In this document: positions 1-13,254 of the stretch, in pieces | Layout: the number at the start of each line of letters is the position of its first letter | How positions within the stretch are numbered: position 1 is the first letter of the stretch | Assembly (NCBI GenBank): GCA_964252035.1 | Contig: OZ176203.1 | DNA: 64,000 bases | From: Podarcis erhardii | Lineage: Eukaryota | Reading direction: 5' to 3' (one strand) | Program-made: the position numbers and the translations under genes | The notes under the pieces: model-generated | Told to the model about the DNA's origin: nothing | Seen by the model: only the letters and a program-made list of their open reading frames with translations | Databases searched by the model: none

Positions 1-139
1 CAGCTACTTCATATTTTTTCTCCCAGCCTCTTTTACATCACACGTACTGGAAACACAGACCCTAAATCAGATTTTTCTGCAGTATTACCCCTCACAGAGG
101 CTGTTTTGTGTAGGTGTGGAGCGGATGAAGGAAACATTA

Positions 140-293
140 CCAAGTAAGACATCGGTCCAGCATATCCACTGCCTCACCTGCAGATGTAAAGGAAAAGTAG
201 ACCTGTGTGTCGTCAGCATATTGCTGACATTGTACTCCAAAACTCCAGATGACACCACTCTGCAGTTTCATGTAGATGTTAAATAGCATAAGG
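140..293 (-). mobile_element. L2-clade LINE reverse transcriptase fragment, downstream part (contains YADD)
   Basis: The minus strand reads MLFNIYMKLQSGVIWSFGVQCQQYADDTQVYFSF, with YADD at 209-220. It continues the RT on the other side of the hAT insertion. Confidence 0.88.
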
Positions 294-1104
294 CAGTGGT
301 TTTCAACTAGTGTGCCATGGCACCCTTGTTGTTGTTGTTGTTTAGTCGTTTCCGACTCTTCGTGACCCCATGGACTAGAGCACGCCAGGCACTTCTGTCT
401 TCCACTACCTCCCGCAATTTAGTCAAACCCATGCTGGTAGCTTCGAGAACACTGTCCAGTCAGCTCATCCTCTGTCGTCCCCTTCTCCTTGTGCCCTCCA
501 TCTTTCCCAGCATCAGGGTCTTTTCCAGGGAGTCTTCTCTTCTCATGAGGTGGCCAAAGCATTGGAGCCTCAGCTTCAGGATCTGTCCTTCCAGTGAGCA
601 CTCAGGGCTGATTTCCTTAAGAATGGAGAGGTTTGATCTTCTTGCAGTCCATGGGACTCTCAAGAGGGCACCCATGGCACCCTAGGGTGCCTTGAATGAT
701 GGATAGGGGTGCCGCAGGCAACTCTCCTGCTCTCCCTTCTCCTGCTCTCCCTTCCTCTGATGTTCTCTGGCATCTCTGCCTCCCAAAGGTTTGCACAGCT
801 GTTTGTTGCAGCAGCCCTGGCTACAAGCTTCCCAGGCAAATGGTGCATCTGGGGCTGGCCAGGGGGTGCTTCCCAGGCCCCTGTGGGGTATTGTGGGAAG
901 GCACCTCTCGGGGGTGGGGGGAGGGCAGCTCAGAGATCAGGGGTGGCAGCCGAAAGGACTCCCAAGGAGAGGGGAGAAACACTCCACAAGGGAGGGGGTT
1001 CAAAAAGGGACGAGGAGCTGCCGGCTCTGCAGGCAAGGGGTGACATAACTGGGCTCCTGAGCTTCACAAGGGAACCGTGGACCCAAAAAGGTTGAAAACA
1101 TTTG
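294..1104. mobile_element. Non-autonomous hAT element (contains a nested Bov-B)
   Basis: TIRs CAGTGGTTTTCAAC and GTTGAAAACATTTG. Exact 8-bp TSD GCATAAGG at 286-293 and 1105-1112. Confidence 0.9.
327..671 (-). mobile_element. Bov-B (RTE) LINE, 5'-truncated 3' end
   Basis: Minus ORF LRVPWTARRSNLSILKEISPECSLEGQILKLRL and a (CAA)n tail. 12-bp TSD CCATGGCACCCT at 315-326 and 672-683. Confidence 0.95.
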
Positions 1105-1960
1105 GCATAAGGGATAAAATTGAACCCTGAAGGCTCCACATTGAAGGCTGAAAAAGACTCCCCTCTGGGAGTGGCCATCCAAGTAGGACCAGAAGCACAA
1201 CAAAGTAGTGCCACCAACCCCAAACTCAGAAAGCTGCTCCAGAAGGATACCATGGCTGATGGTATCAAAAGCTGCTGAGTGGTTGAGGAGAATTAACAGG
1301 GATATATTTCCCCCATCTCTCTCTTGATGAAGGTCATCATACAGGGTGACCAAAGCAGTTTCTGTGCCAAAACCGAACCTAAACCCCGATTGAAATGGAT
1401 CTAGAGAATCAGTTTCCTCCAAGAGACCTAGGTCTGGTCCATAACCACCCACCCAAGAACCTTGCCCAAGAAGGGCAGATGAGCAACTGGCCAGTAGTTA
1501 CTTAAGTTTTTTGAATCCATGGAGGGTTTCTTAAGGAGTGGTTTTACCCCTGCCTCCTTCAAACAGGCAGGAACCACCGCCTCTTGTAAGGAGGTGTTGA
1601 TCACCTCCCTGGCCCAGCCAGCTGTCGCCTCCCTGCAAGTTTTTTTCAGCCAGGAGGGGCAAGAGTGCAAGTGGTTGTCCTGACCAATCCAAGCACCTTG
1701 TCCACATCCTCAGGCCTTACCAACTGAAACTCATCCAACACAGCAGGACTCTGCTAGGATGTAAAGTGCAGTAGATGCTGAAATGTTCCTGGAACAGTTG
1801 AAACAAGCCCCTGGTTCCCTGCTCACCTGTTTCTGGAAGGCGGCAGAGTCTCTTCCAAAATGTTCAAAACGGAATCAATATTGCCATTGCTGGAGACCTG
1901 GATGAAATCTGAATCACTTTTAAGCCCTCCCTGTCGAATTGCCTCCAGCTGCCTGTTTTC
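1105..1960 (-). mobile_element. L2-clade LINE ORF2/RT fragment (degenerate), upstream part
   Basis: Peptides SKNLSNYWPVAHLPFLGKVL, LDPFQSGFRFGFGTETALVTLYDDL, LILLNHSAAFDTISHGILLEQL and PQGSILS(L)M at the hAT junction. The right end is approximate. Confidence 0.88.
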
Positions 1961-2643
1961 CTAATGTTAGAGGTAGTTATTGAAAGTGGCAGGTTAAAAA
2001 TTGGATTCCAGAGGGCAAGATATGATTGACTATGTAATTTTCATTAAAGCCCACAAGGAAATGTATATTCATGCCTTCATTTCTCTTTGCCCCTTATTCT
2101 GGATGGAAATCATTGTGGAGAGCACACTTAACGATATCCATTTCTTGCTTACTAAGATGGAAGCAATAGAACAGGAAATAAGGAACAATTTTCTCTCCTT
2201 GTTTAATTTCATTGCTCTTGGCCTGGGGGCATGCTATGCATCTATTTCAAAGGATTCCAGCAAAAAGGGCTTGGCATGCAAGATACCTGAGCTAAGTTTG
2301 TTTGGTACCTTGTAGTGCTAAATTCTTCTTCGTCTTTCATCTTCTCAGTTTTACTTTGAATATTATGTATTATGTTTGTAAGAAACTTTAAAAGAGTGGA
2401 CACTTTCCAGGCCATACAGGTGTCCCATATCACAAACTTTTCTTCACATTTCAGTAGTGGAGCTGCTACTTGAACGTGGAGGCAGTTTTTCACTTCCTCT
2501 GTAGTGTCTTAGAGGGGTTTGTTTGGCAACAGAGGGCTGCTTGACAAAGTAATAAAATTTTACTCTGAAGGTGATTCAGATGTCTGCACGTCAACACCTT
2601 TGGAAGCTGTGTCCAGTTGTGAAATCCCAAACCCAAACATATA

Positions 2644-2902
2644 CCGTATTTTTTGCTCTATAAGACTCACTTTTTCCCTCCTAAAAAGTAAGGGAAAATG
2701 TGTGTGCGTCTTATGGAGTGAATGCAGGCTGCGCACCTATCCCAGAAGCCAGAACAGCAAGAGGGATTGCTGCTTTCACTGCGCAGCTATCCCTCTTGCT
2801 GTTCTGGCTTCTGAGATTCAGAATATTTTTTTTCTTGTTTTCCTCCTCCAAAAACTAGGTGCGTCTTGTGGTCTGGTGCGTCTTATAGAGCGAAAAATAC
2901 GG
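2644..2902. mobile_element. Tc1/mariner-pogo superfamily MITE
   Basis: TIRs CCGTATTTTTTGCTCTATAAGAC and GTCTTATAGAGCGAAAAATACGG with TA on both sides. Internal perfect 24-bp inverted repeat (AGAAGCCAGAACAGCAAGAGGGAT). Related to 34034-34495. Confidence 0.9.
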
Positions 2903-3059
2903 TAAGTCGTGGCAATCAATTCTTGGTTTACGTATTAATTCTTTTATGCTTCTGAAGATATATTCAGAATTCCTTTTCCCCTACAAGGTTCACTAAAGGC
3001 TGAGCCTGAGCGTCTTCTGAAAGCAGTGTAGCTTCTTGTTTTATGGGTTGGGCATCAGC

Positions 3060-3240
3060 TGGTGGGAATAAATTTAGACTTATTTTTGCTGCAGTTTTTA
3101 AATGTATTTGTGGGAGGGGAGCTATTGGTTTGTGTTTGTTTTTGTCTTATTATGCATTTTGTGTTCTCAACTTGTATTTTTATGTTGTGAACCACTGTGA
3201 TCTTTGGATGAAGGGTGGTATAAAAATTTGATAAATTTTA
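3060..3240 (+). mobile_element. L2-like 3' terminal fragment
   Basis: Ends in tgtgatctttggatgaagggtggtataaaaat, nearly the same as the terminus at about 25150-25200, followed by an A-rich tail. Confidence 0.55.
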
Positions 3241-3379
3241 ATACAACAACACCACATGTGCTCTTTGTAGCACAGATGTGCCTTTTGGTTGATGGCAGTG
3301 GAGTATTTTCATCCTTGTCCTGGAATCCCTCTTTGCTAAAAGTTAACCATGCTGTCTGTCTTCTGCTCTTCTTTTATAG

Positions 3380-3493
3380 AGTACATCGAATTCAAAGCCG
3401 AAGAAGAAAATAACTAAAACAAAAGAAGCTAAAAAAGTATTGAAGAGAAAATTTAAAGTAAACACAAAAATTGTGTTTACTGAAGATGGAGAG
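3380..3493 (+). CDS. DDX10: DDX10 internal coding exon (114 nt, phase 0/0): STSNSKPKKKITKTKEAKKVLKRKFKVNTKIVFTEDGE
   Basis: Acceptor ttctgctcttcttttatAG (3378-3379) and donor GTAAG at 3494. The peptide resembles the recalled vertebrate DDX10 C-terminal segment (EAKKVMKRNFKVNKKITFTDEGE). Probably human exon 14 (numbering from memory). Confidence 0.93.
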
Positions 3494-3528
3494 GTAAGAT
3501 CTAAGAAAACTGGCTGGCTTATACTAAG

Positions 3529-3530
<2 letters not shown>

Positions 3531-3568
<38 letters not shown>
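3531..3568. repeat. (GT)19 microsatellite
   Basis: Read directly; lies 37 bp downstream of the exon donor. Confidence 0.97.
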
Positions 3569-3569
<1 letters not shown>

Positions 3570-5018
3570 GGTGTTGGGCCTAGAACACAAGCTTTCAAAT
3601 TTTCAAATTTTGGCACACACTTCTCACATTGTGGTGTGCCAAAAAATTATGAAGTGGCTTTGGAATACCGAGACCTTGCAAAGGATTTTTGTCATATTCA
3701 GTTGATACTGTCCTGGCCGATTAGAATTCCACCAGTACTCCCTGCACACTGTAGAGAAGATAGATAATGGTTGTCAGGCTCTTTTTCAGATATATTTGTC
3801 ATTAGTGATCTTGTTGAACACCCCCAAAGAAGTTCCCAAGAGGAACCCCAGAGTTCATCACGGTTTTGAAAACTACCAGTTAAGCAAAAAATATCCATTG
3901 TTCTTCATAAGCCTGAGCACCACTGTGTTTTCACTGAAAATATAAAAATTATCTCCTAGTCTTCATTATCAGGCACTTAGCTGTGTGATTTGCAAAATGC
4001 TAATTACCAGGAATGTGCTTTTCGGGGGTCTGCAAAACCACAATAAAACTAAGAGGAAGAAATACTGGTGGCCTTTTCCATAGCAGATGGTGACAGTTGT
4101 CAGTTTCAATTCCTTCTGCAATCTAATGTGACTGTACAGTAGCATGCAGGGTGGAAGAAAAGAGGAAGTGTTGCTAGGTTGCAGGTAGGTGTTGCTGAAT
4201 TTGCACATGCTCTTTACCAGTGAAATACTGGTTATTCACAGTATGGTTTGGAACAGAGGCCCACCTCTCCCTTCCTGCATGCAACAGCTTTTGACCCCCT
4301 TCTATAGTCTCAAGGGCACAGTAGGCCAAATGCAGTCTTTGAGACTACACTGACCGATGGTTATCACTGTGGCCATGTTTGTGGTACTAAATTTCTATGG
4401 AAATGCATCACAAGCAGATTACAATGGCCCATGATTTCTTGCCTGAAAACGAAGCATTTAGTTTGGCTGCACAGAAGGCTACGACAAACGCTCTGATTAA
4501 GCCGAAGTCGTAATGCTTTGCTTCTTAAAATAAATACAGCGCATTGCTGTTTCAAAGGCTAATTTGAAACTGCAGACGATGGATAAGTGAGTATAGTAGC
4601 TTGATAAAAAGTTGCCATGGTTTTTTCCTTCTTTTTAGGAAGCCCTATAATGTGTTTCTGTGGCAGCCATGGATGCTGAACTGTCAGTTTCTATAATTAG
4701 GTCGATGTATTAAGAGTGGTTTTTATGAATTTGTGTGATTTGTGTGAATTTGTGAGGAATGATTGTGTTGGATGTGGCGCTGCGTTCAGAATGTGAAGTA
4801 GCAATATGGGCTTTGGTGATATATTCTGAGCTGATCTCAGAGGGAGAGAAATATGAAAACAAGACTTTAAAGACACAAGGGTAGCCTTTTCCGAAGCCTC
4901 TGCATTTGACAATATCAGTTTGTATAATACTTGTATAACTCAACACATACTTTAGACAACACATACTATATGCAGCACCTAGTTGTTGTAGGTGCTTAGG
5001 AAGTACAGTATGAGAAAT

Positions 5019-5950
5019 TTTTTTTTTTTAATAATAATATTTATTAATTTTATAAAACAAAAATCAACATAGATAACAACATAATCTTTCTCATTAGCCA
5101 CTTTTCATTCACATCTTTGGACTTCCTCACATCTCTTGTTCCTGCTTTCTAAATACATAGATTTTTCTAGCAAATTATTCACTTAATTCAGTTTATATCA
5201 TGTAATTATCCAATATTGTATCTCAAATCTTAGAATTTAATTCACTCTAATTCTAGCATATTGTTCATCCAAAATTTGTCTTTTCTTTCAATCACATTTA
5301 GATTTATATTCTTTGTTACTAATTTGTTGGAGCCATCTTATTCTGGATCTTACATCTTTCTTAACATTCATACAGTTTACAGTATTTTTGTAGATAGTCC
5401 TTAAATTTCTTCCAATCCTCCTCCACTGCTTCTTCTCCCAGGTCTCGGATTCTGCCAGTCATCTCTGCCAATTCCATACAGTCCATCAGTTGTATCTGCC
5501 ATTCTTCCAATGTGGGCAAATCTTGAGTTTTCCAGCTTTTAGCGATGAGTATCCTTGCTGCTGTTGTGGCATACATAAAAAAGGTTCGGTCCTTCTTTTG
5601 CACACTCTGGTCAACAATGCCCAAAAGGAAGGCCTCCGGTTTCTTAAGGAAGGTATACTTAAATACCTTTTTCAGCTCATTATATATCATTTCCCAGAAA
5701 GCCTTCACTCTAGGACAAGACCACCAGAGGTGAAAGAATGTTCCTTCAGCTTCTTTACACTTCCAACATTTATTGTCAGGCAAATGGTATATCTTTGCAA
5801 GCTTGACTGGGGTCATGTACCACCTGTATATCATTTTCATAATATTTTCCTTCAAAGCATTACATGCGGTAAATCTCAGACCTGTAGTCCATAACTTTTC
5901 CCAGTCAGCAAACATGATATTGTGCCCTATGTCCTGTGCCCATTTTATCA
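5019..5950 (-). mobile_element. L1 LINE, 5'-truncated young copy (ORF2 C-terminus, 3' UTR, polyA)
   Basis: Uninterrupted 196-aa ORF (5361-5951) with a CCHC knuckle (CWKCKEAEGTFFHLWWSC). AATAAA at 5040-5045 on the minus strand and a polyA at about 5018-5029. Exact 15-bp TSD TACAGTATGAGAAAT at 5004-5018 and 5951-5965. Confidence 0.95.
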
Positions 5951-6869
5951 TACAGTATGAGAAATCTTATGTCCATGTGTGCATTTCTGCCTGCCAGCTC
6001 AGTGCATGCTGCATTGCAGATCCTGCACTGAGGAGAGGGCTGGACTAGCTGATTTTCAATGACTCTTCCAGGTCTATAATCCTGTCGTTCCAATGTGCCT
6101 GAGACCTTGCATTCACCATTGCACATCCATTGGTTCTTCCTTCCCCTCTCTCTCTCCATGCAGCAGACCTTGAGACTTTTGATTCTCCAAACACACTCCC
6201 CATTTCCCAATAATTCCAAGAAGCTCATCATCCTGCTGTGCTGCTTTGCCATCCTTCCACGCTGCAAAATCCTTTTATTTGGATCCCAAACGCCTTGCTG
6301 CTACCCTCTACCTTTCTTATCACTTAATTTCAAATGTTAGCTTAGGGTGCTTGCTTTTCCTTCAAGCAGCTCTTATTGGTTCTGTGTAAGATTTTGAGTT
6401 ACCCAGTTGTTGCTTTCAAATAAAACATTGTGACAACTAATTATTTGCAATTAAATGTTCAATTACATTGAATTGAATTTACCAGTGGGACCCGCAACAA
6501 ACTTGCAGTATGGTGTGCTCCTGTGCATTGTTATCATTGGGCAGACATACTCTGTTCCACTGCCCCAACTATCTAGGGTTTTTTTGGGGGGGGGCATTTG
6601 GTCATTATTCTGTGGCCATTGAGACACTCAGTGCTCACAGGGCTATTTTCAGGGCCCCCCAGGTTAGATTTCCTTTTTTTTTTTTTTTGTACTTCTGCAG
6701 ACCTTGAGGTTACTCCAGCTCTGTTGACACCTCTCTTGCTGTGTTGTGGCTGTTCCTGTTTTGGCTACATAAGTGACAGCACTTCAAGTCATGTACTTCA
6801 AGTCTGATTCAACTCTTGAATCAGAATTAGAATGTAGGGTGATGCATTCATTGTTCTTTTTAAATCCAG

Positions 6870-7031
6870 CTAATTCAGCAGTGGCCACCCGCACAAAAAT
6901 CTGTTCACGACGAAGCAGAAGATGACGACGACAGTGGTGGAATCAGTCTCAACAAAGCAAAAGAGAGGCTGCAGGAAGAGGACAAATTTGACAAAGAAGA
7001 ATATAGGAAGAAGATTAAAGAAAAACACAGG
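6870..7031 (+). CDS. DDX10: DDX10 coding exon (162 nt): LIQQWPPAQKSVHDEAEDDDDSGGISLNKAKERLQEEDKFDKEEYRKKIKEKHR
   Basis: Acceptor ttctttttaaatccAG and donor GTAAG at 7032. KAKERLQEEDKFDKEEYRKKIK matches recalled human DDX10, and the exon is in frame with the previous one. Confidence 0.97.
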
Positions 7032-10000
7032 GTAAGTTGATTTCCCTCCATTTGTCAGAATATTGGAGACAAAATGCTGTGAAATGCTGACATGTGTACC
7101 CTGGGGGAATGAAGGATTTTGCATAACATTTATCCATACCAAAACATTTGGAATTTTTAAAGCATTTTATAGAGTCTGGATGATGTTTCCCTGTTCTTCT
7201 CCACTGTATGAACTGGGGAGATGAGGCAGTAGAAGTGGACAACATGACTGCCTTTCACGTCACCATTGCTATTCCCTGGGGACAGGCAACTGTGGTTGAC
7301 AAGTGACTGTGTTGGCCTGCCGCTCCCATGTGACCTTCTAGCTTCAATTATTACAAGTGACATGGAAGCCAATATGCAACCCAACCACACTGGTTAGTTG
7401 CCTAACAGACCCTTACTCTATTTCAGAAATGAGGAAACTGTGTCCCCTCCAGTTGTCATTGAGCTACAACTCCCATATCCATACTGGCTGAAGCTGAGGA
7501 GGGTTGTAGTCCAACAAATTCTAGAGAGCCAAAGTTTCCTCGTTCCGTATTGTGACAGTGTTAAATTTTGGTTTCTTGATGCTCATAGGCAGAAAGCAGG
7601 GCAATGTTTGAAGGGTCATTATAGCAGAGGACATGATATTGTAAACCACCAAGAAGAGACCACTAGAGAGTCCTGTATCAATGAGGCCTTCGGCATAATA
7701 CATTTTATTTAAATGCCTACATTTTTCATAGATGTGATTGAAACTCTAATGAATTATTCAGGAAGTGTCATAGCTATAATGTGATTGATTTCAGCTATAA
7801 TGTAAAGCTTTAATGTCGGTACTTTAAACTCCCTTTTTGGCATTAAAAAAAAAGTAAATTGTAGGCCATAAAAATGCAAAGATTGTTTCTGGGCCATTTA
7901 TTTGTCATAAACCAGAGCTGAAAGTTTGTGAACTTGACAGCAGAGAATAGTTACAAAGGTTACTCTGTCTCTATAATGCTCATTGATCATTCTCCTCATT
8001 ATTGTTATTTATAGCATTTCTGTTGATAGGGCCTAAAAATCTATAACAGGTCAGAGCCCTGTTCTAGATAGATACAAGAAGAAATAATCCATGTTTCAAA
8101 GAATCTAAGGAACTATTAAAAGTTTACTGTAAGGTTCCTGATAAGGAGAGGCTGAAGAGATGGTAGCAGAATGTTTTATTATTTGGCAGGGGGTGGAAAT
8201 AGCATGCCTACTTTTGTCTTCTGTAATTAGCCAGGAACATCAGCTGTAATTTAACATTGCATGTTGGTGTTGTGCATGTGGGGCTTAATACTAATACAGT
8301 ATATCATCTTTTTTTTTTTTCTCAAGCTAGCCCCAGACTCCAAGCTCTTGAACTGCAGAGCTAACAGTGTTCTGGCTCTCATCCTTTTTGATTCCTACTT
8401 CCTATGTGCAGTCTCTGGGCAGCCCCACATACGGATTTTCACCTGCACGGAAGGGGTTTCTGAACGCTCTAGAACTGGGATGGAGAACCTGAGACCCTCA
8501 GTCTGCTTTTATGTGCCCCACAGCAGCATCTGGGTCTGCAGAGTCTCTCTAGACGGCTGTTCTGGAAAATGCTTCCTGTGGTGTGTGCATGTGTGTGAAG
8601 GCTGGGGAACAGAGAGAGTGTTAAGCAATCCTGTAAGCCCCTCCCACTTACAGCTCTTGGTTGGGTTTGGCTCTGTCCACCAACAGTAGCAGACCATGAT
8701 AGACTTTTCTTGTGGGTCATCAGTCCATCCTAAGGGGGTGAGGGGAAGGTTCACCACTCCTGTTCTAGAGCTGTAGTCCAGAAATTGCTGCTCACCCCAT
8801 TCCTTCTGGTGAGACGACTCCTTGGGTATATTCTTCAAACCACCATGTTGCAAACAGCAAGTGGAGCCATCTCTGTAGAAAAATTCTGTTTCCATAATCT
8901 TCCATCATTTCCTTCTCCTTCTCCTTAAGGTCTCATCCACTCATGGAACATTCCTAGTTTTTATTTTCCTTGCTTTCTCATTTATTTTACTCACATCTTT
9001 CTGCTCACCTCTGCTCCCTAAGTAGCCATGGGCCAGTGCACATTCTGTGTTGGGATCCTTGTTGACTGTAGTTTTATCATATCAGGAGCCAGGCTCCTCC
9101 TTGCACTCTCTCCCAAAAATGGATTTACCCTCTCCTTTATAGAAATGTATGATGAGATCACCTCATTTTATGTTCCTTTCCCCCTCTGCCCCTGTAGAGG
9201 CAGTTAGTAATGTGGGGTGGTAGTAGGAAAACTGAGAATGGGATGGTGGCCTATCTCCATAATTATACATTAGGGGAACAGGAGGAGAATTTGACATGAA
9301 GTTGCCATTCTTGGCAGCAACCTCATGTATTGCTGTCTAGAATCCTGGTAATCTCTGCTGGCAGAGATTATGTGCCCTTTATAGGTGAACAATATCTCCC
9401 AGCATCTCTGACCATTGACTGTATCATTGGAGTTGATGGGAGTTGAAGTCCAGGCACATCTAAAGGATACCATTTTGGCTGCCTCTGCTGTTGGGTCTTG
9501 GTCTTTCCCCCTCATGTCTTTCCCCCTTTACCTGCAGACTAATTGGGTAGGGGCTTATGACACATTTCGCTGGGACTTAGTGATCACTTTCTCAGAAACA
9601 AGTTCCTTGGACTTTTGTGAGACTCCCAGCTACATATGTAAGATTTAATAATGAATCACAAAATTGCTTAGCAGAATTGTCAGATGGGAACATGAAAATG
9701 CAGCCCACAAGTTCTCCAGAAGGAATACTTCTGCATCTCTTTGAAACAGAAGTAAATTGTCTGATCTGTATGTAAAAGCTGCAATTATACAGGAATCCTC
9801 AAATGCAGTATAAAAATTGCAGTCGTATTCTAAATCAAGAGTCACTTAGATTCTTTTGTCAATACTCCTGCTAATACTATTTCATTACCGTTTCAAGTTC
9901 CTTTCATTTCATGAAGGATAATGAAGTCCATTGTATAAAAATAAATACCCTTTGAATCCAATAATAAGGGTGCTAATAAATTTGTTTTTTAAAAAAATGC

Positions 10001-10588
10001 TTTTCATTGTGAAGAATGTACTATAAAACCATTCTTCCAATGTAACTATTAGCTGATTTTTTTAAAAAAATAAATGTCAGATTAATGTGGGTTGTTCACT
10101 TACACATTTTTAAAAGTCTGAAGGAGTTACTGATAAAGTATTTTGTAACTTGGCAATAAAAGTACAAAAACCTAATTTTCAGAGTTCATGAATTTGTCAG
10201 TGAACTGGTTCACTGATTTATAATACTGCAATCATTCACCTCACACTTCTTCATTACCTCTTATCCTTGGAATTTAATTGCTTTACTTGCATTTTCAATT
10301 TTTTTTATTAATTTGGGGTTTGTATTTTAATGAATTATATTGTTCTCGGATTCCCCATGCTTGGAAAACTTCATAATTGGCCCATTTCCCATACCACAGC
10401 TGCATGCATAAAGCTATGATAATCCGAGCAAACTAATACTTGACATACCAAAGTGATAGAAATTAAGAGAAAGTTACACTGTGTAGGAGACATTCAAGTG
10501 TGTGCAATAGAAATCCTTCAAAATTGTCCCTAAATAGTAGATGTTAAACAGAAAGGAGTCAAATACTGAATTTCCTGGTTTTATACCT

Positions 10589-10907
10589 GCTGTGGGTTAA
10601 ACCACAGAGCCTAGGACTTGCCGATCAGAAGGTTGGCGGTTCGAATCCCCATGACGGGGTGAGCTCCCACTGCTCGGTCCCTGCTCCTGCCAACCTAGCA
10701 GTTCGAAAGCACGTCAAAGTGCCTCCGTCGGGAAGGTAAACGGCGTCTCCGTGCGCTGTTCTGGTTTGCCAGAAGCGGCTTAGTCATACTGGCCACATGA
10801 CCCGGGAGCTGTACGCCGGCTCCCTCGGCCAATACAGCGAGATGAGCGCCGCAACCCCAGAGTCGGTCACGACGGGACCTAATAGTCAGGGGTCCCTTTA
10901 TCCTTTA
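10589..10907 (+). mobile_element. Sauria SINE (slightly 5'-truncated, small internal deletion)
   Basis: tRNA-like head with B box GGTTCGAATCC, body cctgccaacctagcagttcgaaagc, tail ggggtccctttatccttta. Homologous to the copies at 57945 and 63820. Confidence 0.9.
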
Positions 10908-11319
10908 TATAAAGTTGGGGGAAAACAAGCAGCTCTTTTACCAAGCTCTGAAGAGAAGGAAAATGGAACTTGTATGCAAATCTGATGTCTCAAATTACTT
11001 AACCTTGAAAGAAGAGTTAATAGATTTGACTTAGGTACTTAAAATTATGAAGAGCATAATAAAACGCAGATCGATCTTGCTTTCCGTACTTTCACAGCAT
11101 TCAAACAAGAGGGAGCTGAAAGTTAATGGCAAATGCCTTGTATCAAAAGGGAAGGATGGAACTATTTTACCCAGCAAGACACTGTCTGCAATGGGGGGTG
11201 GTTGACTTTTTAATATTATGCAGTTGTGAGTTTACAACACCCTTACCAGGCTTCCAAACAACAGGAATGGTTTTTAAAAGATTAGCGGTATATATGATAC
11301 CTTTCTAAGTGCCCAGAGT

Positions 11320-11420
11320 ACTTCGCACACATCTCATTAATCCTTACAACAACCTTGCGAAGTAGGTCAGTATTAATTCCCCATTATTGCAGATGGGGAG
11401 TGAGGGCAGAGGCTGCAATT
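11320..11420 (+). mobile_element. MIR/CORE-like ancient SINE fragment
   Basis: catctcattaatccttacaacaaccttgcgaagtaggtcagtattaattccccattattgcagatgggga resembles the CORE-SINE domain. Confidence 0.55.
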
Positions 11421-13254
11421 TGATGGCAGAGTTGCTTTGTGGTTCTAACGCAGGTTTCTAATGCAGGTAATATGCATTTATAGTACCATTCTGATCCCAC
11501 CCTGATGTTGGTGGATCCCCTGAAGACAGAAATGTTCCTCATTTAAAATAGGTAAAGGTATAGTTAAACTGGGGGAATTGAGATTTTTCCTTCTGAATCA
11601 TTGGAAGTTTTTCTATAGAAGTTACTCATTAGAATTGCTTTGCCAACCACTTGCTTCTAAATTACTCCCTTAGAACTTAAAATGGTCCAGTAGTTTGGTG
11701 GATTTTTCTCTTGGTCTCCTTCAAGTATTTGACTGATTTGGATATAAATTCAAAATGGGATTAATTAAAAACAAACACTTTTACTCAACAAGAACTTGCA
11801 AAAACCACTGTTTTGGAAGACCTGTCTTTAAACAGCATGTAGCATATAGAGTGATAATGTACAGCTGCATTCTCCTTCCTGAGATCTTCCAGACATTTTG
11901 GACTATGACTCCTATCACCCTTAGCCAGGATGGCCAATAGTCACAGGTGAGTTCTGGTCCAAAAAATCTGGAGGACATGAGGTTGTGGGTGGCTGGCATG
12001 CAGTGATGCAAGGATATATATTTGGCTGAAAAATGCTGCCGTTCTAGGCAGCAGTCCTACATGCACTTACTTTGGAGTAGTAGGCCCCATTAGACATAGC
12101 TGAACTTAATTCTTCTGAGTAAGTTGGCCCAAAAACAGGTGTAGCTCTTGCATACTAATGGGTGCAAAATACTCAGAGCAGAACTTTCGCGCTGTTGTTC
12201 ATTACTGCAGTAAATAGAATAACTTCCTTCAAATCTGTCAAGATGTCTCCCCCCCCCCAAACAATGCAGGAGCAGCTGTAATTTTCATCTCCTCATGCAC
12301 ATATTCATAATCTGTAATACTTTTCACCCACTTACTCTGGGTATTTCTTCCTCTGTCGTCTTAAGGTGTCTCCCCCCCCCCCCTCCGCTTTTGACAGTGC
12401 CCCAAATGTGACACCTTGGCAGGCATATTAAAATACTTAGGAAGTACAGTATGTCTTCAAAGTATTGACTGTCAAGAGTCTGGAGGTTTATCTGAATCCC
12501 ACTTGCCTGTAGAGTTTTGACATTATGATAAATGTCCCAACCTACAGCAGCCTTTCAGTGAATAAATCTAATACTCTTTATTTAGGAGGAGACTTTGGCC
12601 TTTTCTCCCCGTCCCCTTATGACAAGAAAATTAGACACATTTTAAAAGTAATACTGTTCCCCCACACGAACATACCTTATTTCACACAGAGATTTTTAAG
12701 ATTCTCCCCTCCCTCTTTTTAATGGAAAGCTAAGGTTGAGAAATCTGTAGGCTGCCTAATTTGCAGGTACGGTCTGACAAATATCCCCAGGCAAACAGTA
12801 AGGTCATGTATTAATTATGATTAGAAAATTACATTTCCCCTCTCTTCAAATAGTGAAAATTTACTATGTGCATACAGGAGAACATTTATTTTTTGAAAAA
12901 TTCAGTGGATGGGTAATTATTTTTGCAGCGCAAACATCCACCAATTTGCCCTTAGGCTACAACGTCTACATATAATGGAAAAGGTTCTGCAAGTCATTCC
13001 TCATGTGAGTTGATACAGAGCTAGTTATGTAATGTGTGAAAGTCACTCTGGAGAATGCTGCAGCCGAAATACTCAGCCAATTCAGTGCAGAATGTTACTC
13101 TGAGAACGAAAGGTGGACCTGGAAGCAGTAGCTTGTTCCCTGTAGTACCTCTATAATCCCCACGCCTTGCAATTCCAATGCCTGCTAGTTTGGATTTGTG
13201 GAACTCATTCTTAGGCAAAATGCTATGCCATTCTGATCATGGAATCAGCACCTG

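Noticed and set aside
4995-12453. 18-bp exact match CTTAGGAAGTACAGTATG at 4995-5012 and 12436-12453
   Set aside because: The flanks do not extend the match and no shared element is evident. It is plausibly chance in AT-rich DNA.
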